From Minisyncoccota bacterium (GTDB lineage: Bacteria > Patescibacteriota > Minisyncoccia > Phycocordibacterales > GWA1-40-21), in the NCBI GenBank assembly GCA_041663045.1, contig JBAZRH010000001.1:84403-148402 (forward strand): 64,000 nucleotides of DNA, read 5' to 3'. The position numbers were made by a program, and so were the translations under genes. Under the pieces are notes generated by a model. It was not told the origin of the DNA, did not search any database, and saw only the letters and a program-made list of their open reading frames with translations. Every line of letters begins with the position of its first letter. The stretch's first letter is position 1. This document shows, one piece after another, positions 46,593 through 55,597 of the stretch.

Positions 46593-48377
46593 TTATTTAT
46601 CAGATATAAACCCGCCAGACTGAATTGTCCAGAGCTTATTATATAAACTACTCTTTGAATTTATAAGATCACCATGTGTTCCTTCTTCTGTTATTCTGCC
46701 TTCTGCTATAACCACAATTCTATCCATTTTCTTAATAGTTGAGAGTCTATGCGCTATCACTATAACTGTTTTTCCCTTCATTAAGTTTTCGAGTGCGTTT
46801 TGAATTAGCATCTCTGATTCAGAGTCTAAACTTGAAGTAGCCTCATCTAAGATCAGGATAGGTGCGTTTTTAAGAATCGCTCTAGCAATAGCAATTCTTT
46901 GTCTTTCTCCACCGGAAAGTTTTATTCCCCTTTCACCGACAAAGGTATCATACTTCAAAGGCAGAGAGTCTATAAATTCATTACAATGTGCCAATTTAGC
47001 AGCCCTAAAGACTTCTTCATCACTGGCGTTTTCTCTGCCATATCTTATGTTTTCAAGTAAAGTTCTGTGAAAGAGTATTGGGTCTTGAGGAACCAAACTT
47101 ATTTGACTGTGTAAACTTCTCTGGGTAACTCTTGATATGTCTTGATTGTCGATTTCTATATGGCCGGACGATAGATCATACAAACGTAATATCAATCTAA
47201 TCAAAGTTGTCTTACCGGCTCCCGAAGGGCCAATAAATGCGATTTTTTCTCCAGCAGAAATTTTTAAATTAATATCTTTAAGTACTTCTCTGGTTTCATT
47301 AAAATTGAAGCCGACATTTTTGAGACTTATCTCCCCAGAGACGATTTTTAGATCTTTAGCTTTTATGACATCTTTGACCTCGTGTGGCGTCAGAAGTATC
47401 TCTACCATTTCTCTTGAGTCGGCAAGGCTTTCATATATTCCACGCACTATTCTGTTGAGTCCCCAAAGCCTTTGTGCCAGTGCTATGATATAGACTTGTA
47501 TAAGGACAAAAGTACCTATTGTTGCAAGTCCTTTACTCCAAAATATAGTTGTATAATAAAACGCCAAAAACTCAACCACAGAGATTAGTACAATTTGTAC
47601 AGCATCAGTTAACTGGCCTAAATTCCAAGAGAATCTGGTTTTCTCTGCTTGATCATTTGTAATTTCTTTAAAGTTATTTGTCTCTTTTTCATAGGTAGTA
47701 AATAAAGTAATCGCGTTGTGATTTGTTATGTTGTCAGAAAGTACTCCTGTAACATATGAATCTGTCGAGGATACTTGTATATCATATTTCATTTTCCACC
47801 TCGAAAACAAGACATTGAAGGTAGAGTATGAAATCACCCAAAGTATTATGACAAGAGAAATCAACGGCGCTACAAACCAGGTTACTATCACAGACCCAAT
47901 AATTGTGATTATGAGCGGGACTAAGTTAAATGCAAAACTGTCGGAGAGTCTCTCAAAAGACCTGCTAAATCTATTGACTCTTTGTACCAACGATCCAGTA
48001 AAATTATTTGTAAAGAAACTATAAGAATGTAGCATCATATAGTCAAATGAAATCTGTCTAAGCCTAGCCATAACCCTAGATTCCATGATGTTATAAATAA
48101 ACATTCCGCTTTGAAAGAATAATATACTTATTATGTTTAGGACGGCGATTATTATTATTGTATAGACTAGTGTATGAATATCATCTGTTTTGTTCTGTAT
48201 ATTGCCCAACAAATCAAAAAAGCGTTTATAAAATAATGGTGTGAAGATACCTATAACAGTTGCTGAAATGAGGCAAAAATAACTAATAAAAAACAGCAAT
48301 CTGTATGGCCTGACACCGTACCAGAATTTTTCATATATCTGTCTATTGGAAACTGTATTTTCCTTTTGTTTATTCAT
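46593..48377 (-). CDS. ABC transporter, fused permease/ATP-binding (type I exporter, MsbA-like)
   Basis: Six N-terminal TM helices. Walker A GPSGAGKTT. Signature LSGGERQRIAIARA. Walker B ILILDEATS. Confidence 0.85.
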   Translation of the reverse strand: MNKQKENTVSNRQIYEKFWYGVRPYRLLFFISYFCLISATVIGIFTPLFYKRFFDLLGNIQNKTDDIHTLVYTIIIIAVLNIISILFFQSGMFIYNIMESRVMARLRQISFDYMMLHSYSFFTNNFTGSLVQRVNRFSRSFERLSDSFAFNLVPLIITIIGSVIVTWFVAPLISLVIILWVISYSTFNVLFSRWKMKYDIQVSSTDSYVTGVLSDNITNHNAITLFTTYEKETNNFKEITNDQAEKTRFSWNLGQLTDAVQIVLISVVEFLAFYYTTIFWSKGLATIGTFVLIQVYIIALAQRLWGLNRIVRGIYESLADSREMVEILLTPHEVKDVIKAKDLKIVSGEISLKNVGFNFNETREVLKDINLKISAGEKIAFIGPSGAGKTTLIRLILRLYDLSSGHIEIDNQDISRVTQRSLHSQISLVPQDPILFHRTLLENIRYGRENASDEEVFRAAKLAHCNEFIDSLPLKYDTFVGERGIKLSGGERQRIAIARAILKNAPILILDEATSSLDSESEMLIQNALENLMKGKTVIVIAHRLSTIKKMDRIVVIAEGRITEEGTHGDLINSKSSLYNKLWTIQSGGFISDK

Positions 48378-48401
48378 AACCTATATAGCTTAACGGGGTT
48401 T

Positions 48402-49412
48402 TTAATATAGTTCCACCCCGACTTTCTCCCTCACTTCTTTCATTTTTTTCTCCACTCTTGCGCGAGCGCGAGCGCCGCCAGCTTTTAGTATGTCAAGCAC
48501 GGTGTCAATATCTTTGGCGAGCATCTCTCTTTTTTCGCGTATTGGTTTTATAAATGCCGACAAATCTTTGATAAGTGATTCTTTTGCTTCTTTGTAGCCC
48601 ATACCACCTTTCTTGTATTTTTCTGCCAGAGCTTTTTGGCCGGCTTCATCCAAAAGCAATCTGTGAATTGCGAATATTATGGATTCCTCTGGATTTTTCG
48701 GTTCATCAACACCTTTTGAATCTGTTGGTATGCTCATCACGGCTTTTTTGATTTCTGCATCTGTGGCAAAAAGCGGTATGATATTGCCATAACTTTTGCT
48801 CATCTTCCTGCCATCTGTCCCTGGCACGGATTCTACATTGGGAATTATGAATGGTTCTGGTAGCTTGAATGTCTCACCAAAAGTGTTGTTGAACTTTTGT
48901 GCGATATCACGGGCGTATTCTAGATGTTGCTTTTGGTCCTGACCTACTGGCACGATATCGGAATCTTGTATAAGAATGTCAGCAGCCATAAGTATCGGAT
49001 AATCAAATACTCCGACATTGATTTCTTTATTCTTCGCTTCGGCATCTTTGTAAGCGTGCGCTCTCATAAGATACGGCACCGTGGTAATACAGTTGAAAAT
49101 CCAAGCGAGCTCTGCAACCTGTGGAATATCGGACTGTTTGAATAGGCAAACTTTCTTCGGATCAAGGCCGATGGCAAGGTAGTCAAGTGCCACGTCAAGT
49201 ATCTGCTTTGACATTTCTTTTTTGTCCTGAACCGTAGTCATAGCATGATAATCGGCAATGAAAATATGGCAATCATGCTCACCTTGCATATTGACAAACT
49301 GCTTCATAGCACCAAAATAATTGCCCAAATGCACCGTGCCCGTCGGCTTTACCCCAGAAAGTAATATCTTCCTTGCCCCGTGTGAATTCCCGCTTTGTTT
49401 TTGATTTAACAT
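48402..49412 (-). CDS. trpS: Tryptophan--tRNA ligase
   Basis: LLSGVKPTGTVHLGNYFGA (HIGH-type region). KMSKS present as KMSKSYGN. Confidence 0.9.
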   Translation of the reverse strand: MLNQKQSGNSHGARKILLSGVKPTGTVHLGNYFGAMKQFVNMQGEHDCHIFIADYHAMTTVQDKKEMSKQILDVALDYLAIGLDPKKVCLFKQSDIPQVAELAWIFNCITTVPYLMRAHAYKDAEAKNKEINVGVFDYPILMAADILIQDSDIVPVGQDQKQHLEYARDIAQKFNNTFGETFKLPEPFIIPNVESVPGTDGRKMSKSYGNIIPLFATDAEIKKAVMSIPTDSKGVDEPKNPEESIIFAIHRLLLDEAGQKALAEKYKKGGMGYKEAKESLIKDLSAFIKPIREKREMLAKDIDTVLDILKAGGARARARVEKKMKEVREKVGVELY

Positions 49413-49559
49413 ATCTTCAATATAGGTTATTTATATCTAATAGTAAACTGACATTATTTATAAGAATTCTTTACGGGGTTTGTATTTGTTTTCATCCGAT
49501 TAATAATATCAGATATAGTCTTTTTTTGAAAGTTTAGATAAAGATGTTGACGTGATTTT

Positions 49560-50237
49560 CTAGGATTTTCCTAGGGTCATAATCTTTAGATATTCATTTA
49601 CAAAATCTTTGACACTAGGACTAGTCCCCCAAAGATTCTGGGCTTTGATTAATTTGTCCTGTAATTCAGGATAAAATAGTTTTTCTTCTATTTCAATAAT
49701 TTCTCTAAATTGAGGTAAATTTAGGATTATTACATTAAATATTTCTGATAATTCCCATAATATTCCAGAGTTTTTATTCAACCCTTTAATTTGATCAAAA
49801 AAGTATTTATCCAAATATTCAAAGAAAGCAAAATGAAGCGATTCATGAAAGATGACTTCAAGAGCATGTTTCAAATCTTTCTTCCAGTAGATTTGGAAAG
49901 TTTTCGTCTCTGGCCACCTAGGATTACAATTAAATATAGAAAGGTAACCATGATAAGTATTTTGACTAAAATCAATATCAAATAATTTTGTTAATTCACC
50001 AAAAAAATGTTTTTGCTTTTCTTCTAAAATTTGTTTAATTCCTTTTTGCTTTTTAAGCATATCTGATTTTTTAGCAGTATAAAAATCATCAATGTATTTA
50101 TTGTAGTTTTTCAGGTTTATTTTAGGATGTTCTTTTTTAATTAGTTCTCCAAAGTTCGCTCCAGCTACAGAAAAATCCCAAAAGTCAGCATAAACCTCGT
50201 AATCTAATTGTTTGTTTAAATCTATTTTAAACATCAT
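49560..50237 (-). CDS. Hypothetical protein with an HExxH motif (putative zinc metallo-protein), immediately downstream of the rSAM/SPASM gene
   Basis: IFHESLHFAFFE contains HExxH. No other recognisable domain. Position suggests possible linkage to the RiPP-like locus. Confidence 0.4.
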   Translation of the reverse strand: MMFKIDLNKQLDYEVYADFWDFSVAGANFGELIKKEHPKINLKNYNKYIDDFYTAKKSDMLKKQKGIKQILEEKQKHFFGELTKLFDIDFSQNTYHGYLSIFNCNPRWPETKTFQIYWKKDLKHALEVIFHESLHFAFFEYLDKYFFDQIKGLNKNSGILWELSEIFNVIILNLPQFREIIEIEEKLFYPELQDKLIKAQNLWGTSPSVKDFVNEYLKIMTLGKS

Positions 50238-50248
50238 TCAATAATAAA

Positions 50249-50275
50249 GCCCCCTTGTGTTTTAAGCAAGGGGGC
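50249..50275 (-). terminator. Hairpin (gcccccttg...caagggggc) between the rSAM stop and the HExxH gene start, with the minus-strand T-run abutting the start codon
   Basis: 9-bp GC stem. Minus-strand TTTATTATT follows and runs into ATGATG. Confidence 0.45.
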
Positions 50276-50296
50276 CGGCTTCCTTTCTCTTGAACT

Positions 50297-51715
50297 TTAG
50301 ACTCTTTTGTACAGGTCCCAGATCAACCATTTGAGGGTCGCTAGGGAGTGAATACAGAAACGGTCGTCTACAGACCAGATACTGCCATTTCGTAGCCATG
50401 ATCCATAAGCACAACCACCACCACAGATACCGAGGGCAGGACACCCAAAGCACTGTGGCATGTTCAAGGGCGTTCGTCTTTTCCACTCACTAATCACGGG
50501 ATTGTGGTGAAAATCGAAGTTTTTCGATACTTTGGCAAAGAAGAATTGCTTAGCACCGATACCTTCATGACAAACACCCAAATGACCATCAGGTGTACAG
50601 ACGAGCTGAGCCCCGAGAGCTTGGCAATCATACGCATGGATACGTTTTTCCATAAAGGACTTTGCCTTACGCATTATTCTGTCTTCGTACACCCCTTCCT
50701 TCCGAGCGAGTTTGAAGTACTCGATCATTCGTTTGGAAACACGTTGCATATATTCTAAACTCACCGTATTGTTTGCCGTATCGACCAGAGGATTCAGGTT
50801 GATTGAGGCAAAGCCATACCTACGATGAAGCTTGAGAAGTGATGGTAGATTGTCAATGTTGTGTTCTCCAACAGTTGTTGAGAGAGAAACGTCTTTCTTG
50901 CCACCAACCCCCTTCAGAAGCTTCACACCCCTTATCGCTTTGTTGAATGATCCGCATCCACCTACGCATATCCTTTCGGTGTCATGAATTTTCTTTGGAC
51001 CATCAATCGATATGGCGATATCGATGTTATCGTGAGCTCCGATAAACCGAGAGATTTCCTCGGTTATCATCGTCCCGTTAGAGACAATGGCTAATCGTAG
51101 CTTTGGTCCCAAGGCGACAACTTCATTCTTGTAAGCAGATTCGATGTATTCCACCGACTGCTTGATCAGAGTGAAGTTGAGGAACGGTTCTCCCCCATAG
51201 AAGAAAATCGTCTTCTTGAGACCGGTATATTCGGGCGGATTGAGTGATAGGTTCCGAAAGAACATGTCAATCGCTTCTTTCGCAACCCTAAACGACATCA
51301 TGCTAGGGCGATATCCCTCTGGCATATTGTTGTTGATGAAGCAGTAGCGACATCGGAGATTACAACTGTCGGTCACAATGAGATAAAGCGTCTCAAGGCC
51401 AGGAGGTAGAACATGAATTCTCCTCTTTTCCTCAAGTAACTTTACATCATCGCTTTCTACAGCCACAATCATTCCGGTCCGCCAAAGTTCTTTTATCACT
51501 CGAACCATCTCTTTCGAGAACATAGGGAACTTTTGATGAAGGTGCTCTGTCGTTGTTCCCAAATGTAGCAATTCCACAACCTGCAGGTATTTCTTTCGAA
51601 GAAACACCAGTTCCATGTTCAGCGAGTGGTAAAGGGCAATGTGACCTCTACCTTTTTCACAAAACAGGTGTGTCCACGAGGACAATCTCATAGATAGATT
51701 ACGTATTTTTTTCAT
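50297..51715 (-). CDS. Radical SAM / SPASM-domain enzyme with a ~115-aa N-terminal extension (RiPP maturase-like)
   Basis: CNLRCRYC is the Cx3Cx2C radical SAM cluster at residues 118-125. C-terminal SPASM signature CFGCPALGICGGGC plus additional Cys. N-terminal extension precedes the radical SAM core. Good SD (AAAGGAGA). Confidence 0.85.
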   Translation of the reverse strand: MKKIRNLSMRLSSWTHLFCEKGRGHIALYHSLNMELVFLRKKYLQVVELLHLGTTTEHLHQKFPMFSKEMVRVIKELWRTGMIVAVESDDVKLLEEKRRIHVLPPGLETLYLIVTDSCNLRCRYCFINNNMPEGYRPSMMSFRVAKEAIDMFFRNLSLNPPEYTGLKKTIFFYGGEPFLNFTLIKQSVEYIESAYKNEVVALGPKLRLAIVSNGTMITEEISRFIGAHDNIDIAISIDGPKKIHDTERICVGGCGSFNKAIRGVKLLKGVGGKKDVSLSTTVGEHNIDNLPSLLKLHRRYGFASINLNPLVDTANNTVSLEYMQRVSKRMIEYFKLARKEGVYEDRIMRKAKSFMEKRIHAYDCQALGAQLVCTPDGHLGVCHEGIGAKQFFFAKVSKNFDFHHNPVISEWKRRTPLNMPQCFGCPALGICGGGCAYGSWLRNGSIWSVDDRFCIHSLATLKWLIWDLYKRV

Positions 51716-51743
51716 CTACCATTCTCCTTTCTAGTTTTGGTTT

Positions 51744-51780
51744 AAAAAAAGAGGCTGGACGATACGCACGTCCAAGCCTC
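51744..51780 (-). terminator. Intrinsic terminator/attenuator between the precursor-peptide candidate and the rSAM gene (minus strand: gaggcttggacg-tgcgtat-cgtccagcctc + TTTTTTT)
   Basis: 11-bp stem with one bulge, followed by a 7-T run on the transcribed strand. Location is 20 nt after the peptide stop and 28 nt before the rSAM SD. Confidence 0.7.
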
Positions 51781-51800
51781 AGCCCACGAAGAGCGTCTCA

Positions 51801-51899
51801 TTAGCATGAGCATCCGCACTGGCACTTGCTCAGTGCGACTTTGCCGAGATCGATTTTGCCGATCACGGATCTTCGCTTGGCACTGCCTATCTTTTTCAT
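51801..51899 (-). CDS. Candidate RiPP precursor peptide, 32 aa: MKKIGSAKRRSVIGKIDLGKVALSKCQCGCSC
   Basis: Hand-translated; not in the ORF track. AAAGGG lies 6 nt upstream of the ATG. Basic leader-like N-terminus and a C-terminal CxCxCxC cluster. A leaky terminator and an rSAM/SPASM gene follow. Confidence 0.5.
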   Translation of the reverse strand: MKKIGSAKRRSVIGKIDLGKVALSKCQCGCSC

Positions 51900-51998
51900 G
51901 GCTTGCCCTTTCTTTGTGATGAACTACCACTACCTTAGAACTCCTAAGGTTTCTGCTATAAAGCGTAACAAATAATCAAATCACCGTCAAATCCCTCT

Positions 51999-53624
51999 TT
52001 ATTTCACCGGCAACGCCACAAAAAACCTCGCCCCCTTGCCTCTCCCATCGGATTCCGCCCAGATTTTGCCGGCGTGGTTTTCTACGATTTTCTTGACGAT
52101 ATATAAGCCGTAGCCGGTGCTGTTTACATTGTATTTTAGAGAGTCTTCACCCTTACCTCCTTCGGTAAAGAGCTTGGTCTTATCTTTCTCCGTAAAGCCT
52201 ATTCCTGTATCGCTCACCTCAAACACAGCTCTCTTTTTACCCTCCACCATAACCGCTTTTAGAGAAATAGTAAGCCCTCCGCTTGGCGTGTATTTGATAG
52301 AATTATCTATGAGATTTTTGAAAACTTGCGTGATCTGTATTTGGTCTGCCAAGACGACGACAGGTGTATCGGAAATATTTGTCTTCAGCGTAAGTCCTTT
52401 GTCGGCAAGCTCTTTTGCAAAGTTGGCACAGACATCTTTTACCACGAGAGAAAGGTCGACATCTTTTAGATTGTAAGCGACAGTCCCCTTTTTGTAGTTG
52501 GACGCGCCGAGAATATCTTGAATCATAGTGACGGCATTGTTGTCCGAAAGAAGCCCTTCTTTTGCCACCGCTTTCAATGTATCCGAGCTTTTTTCAAAAT
52601 CATCTTCCAGAATCCCCGCAAAAATCATCTTGCTCTTTGTAAAGAAACCCTTTAGCTGGTGAGAAATGAAATGTATAAGAGATGTTTGATTGTTATTAGC
52701 AATCTCCAGCTCCTCTCGCAAAGCAACTTCCTTTTTGACACTGCGGATAATGACAAGCCCAAGCCAGCCAGAAATCACAAGTGTCAGGGCGGTAAGTATC
52801 CTATTTACATCACTCTGAATGAAGAAGAATTCTGATCCAATAATAATAATCAAAGACCAAACAAGTGCCTGTGTGGCAAGGAGCTTAATATCAAATGCTT
52901 TGAATTTGACGATGATATAAGCGATAACTGCCAAAAAGATAGGCATGCCAGCCAATGCTATGAGTGACCAGTTATAACTTTCTACATAATCAGATATATA
53001 TAGTACAGCGAAATAAAAGGCTAAGAAAAAAGCGATACCAATAAAGAATATTGTGTTTTTAAGACGATTTTGTCTTAAGATCTTAAAAAAGCTTACTATA
53101 TATGAATAGATAATCAAACACATGTAAAATATATCTGCAAAGGGTACAAAACGATTTATGACATTTGAGTTTTCATTTGCTTGGCAAAGTATTGTGTCGT
53201 AATTTTGTAAGACCATTCCCATGACTGTAAAATAGAAAATGGGCAAAATTGGGATTAGTAATATTAGGTTTGTCCCTAAAGATATCTTTTTATTAAAGAA
53301 GAATATGTAGGTGAAATTGAAAGATAGAAAGAAAAACGATACCTCAAGGAGTTCCATTACTGACCATACAAACATGGTTAATGAACCGTTATAACACATG
53401 ATCCAAGTTATTAGATCTATTATTACCCAAACAACAAATATAATAACCATGGTAGAAAAATACCTTGATAAGATATCTTTTTTATTCTTAATTAAGATAA
53501 AGAGAGCAAAAAAAATACTTATTAATATAACTGGCAAGTGTGAATAGTAGACCAATACAACTGGGATTTGTTCCTGAAGAGCTTGCAAACAGCCTTGAAT
53601 ATTGGTGATATAATTAAAGATCAT
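51999..53624 (-). CDS. Sensor histidine kinase (multi-TM sensor, HisKA-like region, HATPase_c)
   Basis: About seven N-terminal TM helices. H-box-like FISHQLKG. N, G1 and G2 boxes (LIDNSIKYT, DTGIGF, GYGLYIVKKIVENHAG). Confidence 0.8.
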   Translation of the reverse strand: MIFNYITNIQGCLQALQEQIPVVLVYYSHLPVILISIFFALFILIKNKKDILSRYFSTMVIIFVVWVIIDLITWIMCYNGSLTMFVWSVMELLEVSFFFLSFNFTYIFFFNKKISLGTNLILLIPILPIFYFTVMGMVLQNYDTILCQANENSNVINRFVPFADIFYMCLIIYSYIVSFFKILRQNRLKNTIFFIGIAFFLAFYFAVLYISDYVESYNWSLIALAGMPIFLAVIAYIIVKFKAFDIKLLATQALVWSLIIIIGSEFFFIQSDVNRILTALTLVISGWLGLVIIRSVKKEVALREELEIANNNQTSLIHFISHQLKGFFTKSKMIFAGILEDDFEKSSDTLKAVAKEGLLSDNNAVTMIQDILGASNYKKGTVAYNLKDVDLSLVVKDVCANFAKELADKGLTLKTNISDTPVVVLADQIQITQVFKNLIDNSIKYTPSGGLTISLKAVMVEGKKRAVFEVSDTGIGFTEKDKTKLFTEGGKGEDSLKYNVNSTGYGLYIVKKIVENHAGKIWAESDGRGKGARFFVALPVK

Positions 53625-53663
53625 ATCCTATATTATATAAGATTCTACATGCAAAAGCAAAAC

Positions 53664-54458
53664 CTAGGTAAAGCTTTGTGGGTAGATAGATGGAGTTTTT
53701 GACAAATTGATAATTTCATCTAACCTTTCTCTTGGATACCCCCACCACTTAGGATTATTTTCATCACTGATTTCTTGCATCTTACATATTAGAGGCTTTT
53801 CACCAAACTTATCGTGTAAATATTCAAGTGCGGGTATTGCTATTTCATTTAGAAAAATGGATTCCTCACCATGATCCCTAAAATTGTCGAAAAGTATACC
53901 ATTGCAGATAAACAGAGCAAACATTTTTTTGTAGTATTCCTTAGCATACGGTCCATTTTTATGGAACCAAAGAGAAATGTCAAAGATATCCTTCATATTA
54001 TCAGGATAAAACGACTTCAAAAGTCTGTGATGAAAGGAAACCAATGATTCTCCCCATAGTGTATTAATGTCTGGTATTAATTTACCTTCACTTGTATCAA
54101 AATCTATGACTTTAAAGCTACGAGTGTTAACGTGCCCTTTTGAATCGGTGTTTAAATAAAATGACATTTTACCCAATGAATACTTATCTTCATTTATGGC
54201 CACGAATTTATCCTCTGTGTATTCAAATAAAATAGGTCTTGCATTAATTTTCTTAGTTTTTTCTAAAAAAATATCAAGCTCATAATCAGGAGTAAAAATG
54301 TTACGAAAAAGGGCCGCATTTATTTCACCACTTAACATTGGTTCTGGTATCTCCCCTAAGAAATCCGTGACTTTTTTCACAAGTTCCTTATCCCTTCTTC
54401 TTTCTTTCAAAATCCTAACTGCTTCCTCTGGCTCTGTATAAAAATCTTCAACTTTCAT
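53664..54458 (-). CDS. Hypothetical protein (264 aa)
   Basis: Uninterrupted ORF with balanced composition. No recognisable motif. Confidence 0.4.
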   Translation of the reverse strand: MKVEDFYTEPEEAVRILKERRRDKELVKKVTDFLGEIPEPMLSGEINAALFRNIFTPDYELDIFLEKTKKINARPILFEYTEDKFVAINEDKYSLGKMSFYLNTDSKGHVNTRSFKVIDFDTSEGKLIPDINTLWGESLVSFHHRLLKSFYPDNMKDIFDISLWFHKNGPYAKEYYKKMFALFICNGILFDNFRDHGEESIFLNEIAIPALEYLHDKFGEKPLICKMQEISDENNPKWWGYPRERLDEIINLSKTPSIYPQSFT

Positions 54459-54475
54459 ATATGTCTTTACAAGAA

Positions 54476-55594
54476 TTATTTTTCAGCAATTATAAAACAA
54501 TTTTCTTCCCCGAAGCTTGGTATTAACACGTCTTCTTTGTTTACTTTTGAAAAAGTCTTTTTGGCAATTCTTTCTATGATTTTAGCTGTATCCAAGTGGC
54601 TTTTTGTGACAATTGAAGTCCCCGCCTGTATGGATAGCCAGCCGTCTTTGTTTAGGTGTGCCTTTATTAATGGAACAATTTGCTCAAAGAATCTAGTATA
54701 GTCTTCTGCGTAGGTATTATCAAACTCAAGAGCTGGATTGTCGGTCAAATCAGAGACGATACCATCTACCGAATTTCCTTTCACGGCCTTTAAATATTGT
54801 AGTGCATCACCAATGTATAATTTTACATTTGGATGATCAAATACTTTTTGTCCTAAATATTTTCTAGCGACATTCACTACTTCTACATCAAGATCTACAA
54901 TAGTTATCTTAAGGTCCGGATTAATCCTAAGGGCTTCTTCAGCCACATAGCCATCTCCCCCACCTAAGATTATTATTTCTTTGTCTGTCTTTGAAAGGCC
55001 TTTTAGTATAGCTCTATCATATAAGGTATGGTCTTTTTCCGAGGTTTGTATGAGATTGTCTATGATCATACAGCGGCCAAACTCTTCCGTATCGACAATT
55101 TCAATCTGCTGGAATGGAGATTTTATGTTTTCTACCCTTTTCGTTACGTGTATTACTTGTTCTGAACCGTCTTTATAAACAGCCATTTTTATAATAGGTT
55201 CATTTCCGTTTTTCTTTGAAATTAAATTATAAGTTCTATCTACGGTCTTTACAACCGCTTCTCTGTGACAAATCTTTTCAAGAATGTAGTCGACAATTTT
55301 CCTTGTCATCTTCTCACTTGAACAGCTATATATATCAATAGAAATATATTCGTGTTCAGGCCAGGAGTGAAATGACATATGTGAAGTCGATAACAAGAAG
55401 AAACCAGTTACTCCCTGTGGGTCAAAACTATAAAATGCGTGGTTAAGTATTTTTATATCCGTTCCATTGATTGATTCCATCAGCACCTTCTTGAGGAAGT
55501 CAGAAGAATTTATCTGCTTTCTATTACATCCAAAAAGATCCACAATGTAGTGGGTCCCGATAATTCTATTATCATCAAGCGATTTGTTTTTCAT
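54476..55594 (-). CDS. Fusion of S-adenosylmethionine decarboxylase (SpeH/SpeD class 1b-like) and spermidine synthase (SpeE)
   Basis: N-terminal GVTGFFLLSTSHMSFHSWPEHEYISIDIYSC resembles the SpeH proenzyme core, but with TS where ES is usual at the self-cleavage site. C-terminal ILGGGDGYVAEEAL...DLTDNPA is the aminopropyltransferase signature. Confidence 0.75.
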   Translation of the reverse strand: MKNKSLDDNRIIGTHYIVDLFGCNRKQINSSDFLKKVLMESINGTDIKILNHAFYSFDPQGVTGFFLLSTSHMSFHSWPEHEYISIDIYSCSSEKMTRKIVDYILEKICHREAVVKTVDRTYNLISKKNGNEPIIKMAVYKDGSEQVIHVTKRVENIKSPFQQIEIVDTEEFGRCMIIDNLIQTSEKDHTLYDRAILKGLSKTDKEIIILGGGDGYVAEEALRINPDLKITIVDLDVEVVNVARKYLGQKVFDHPNVKLYIGDALQYLKAVKGNSVDGIVSDLTDNPALEFDNTYAEDYTRFFEQIVPLIKAHLNKDGWLSIQAGTSIVTKSHLDTAKIIERIAKKTFSKVNKEDVLIPSFGEENCFIIAEK

Positions 55595-55597
55595 TAT

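Noticed and set aside
50262-50486. 74-aa minus-strand ORF overlapping the 3' end of the rSAM gene
   Set aside because: Embedded out of frame within the well-supported rSAM/SPASM CDS.
50297-51715. Possibility that the rSAM/SPASM enzyme is an anaerobic sulfatase-maturating enzyme linked to the sulfotransferase locus
   Set aside because: anSMEs place the Cx3Cx2C cluster within the first ~25 residues and lack an N-terminal domain. Here the cluster is at residues 118-125 after an RRE-sized extension, and a Cys-rich mini-ORF with terminator sits immediately upstream. No sulfatase gene is nearby, and the sulfotransferase locus is 30 kb away.
51742-51930. 62-aa minus-strand ORF overlapping the precursor-peptide locus in another frame
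   Set aside because: No RBS, Arg/Gln-rich random-looking sequence, and it reads through the intrinsic terminator. The 32-aa ORF in the alternative frame has an RBS and a Cys-rich C-terminus ending just before the terminator.
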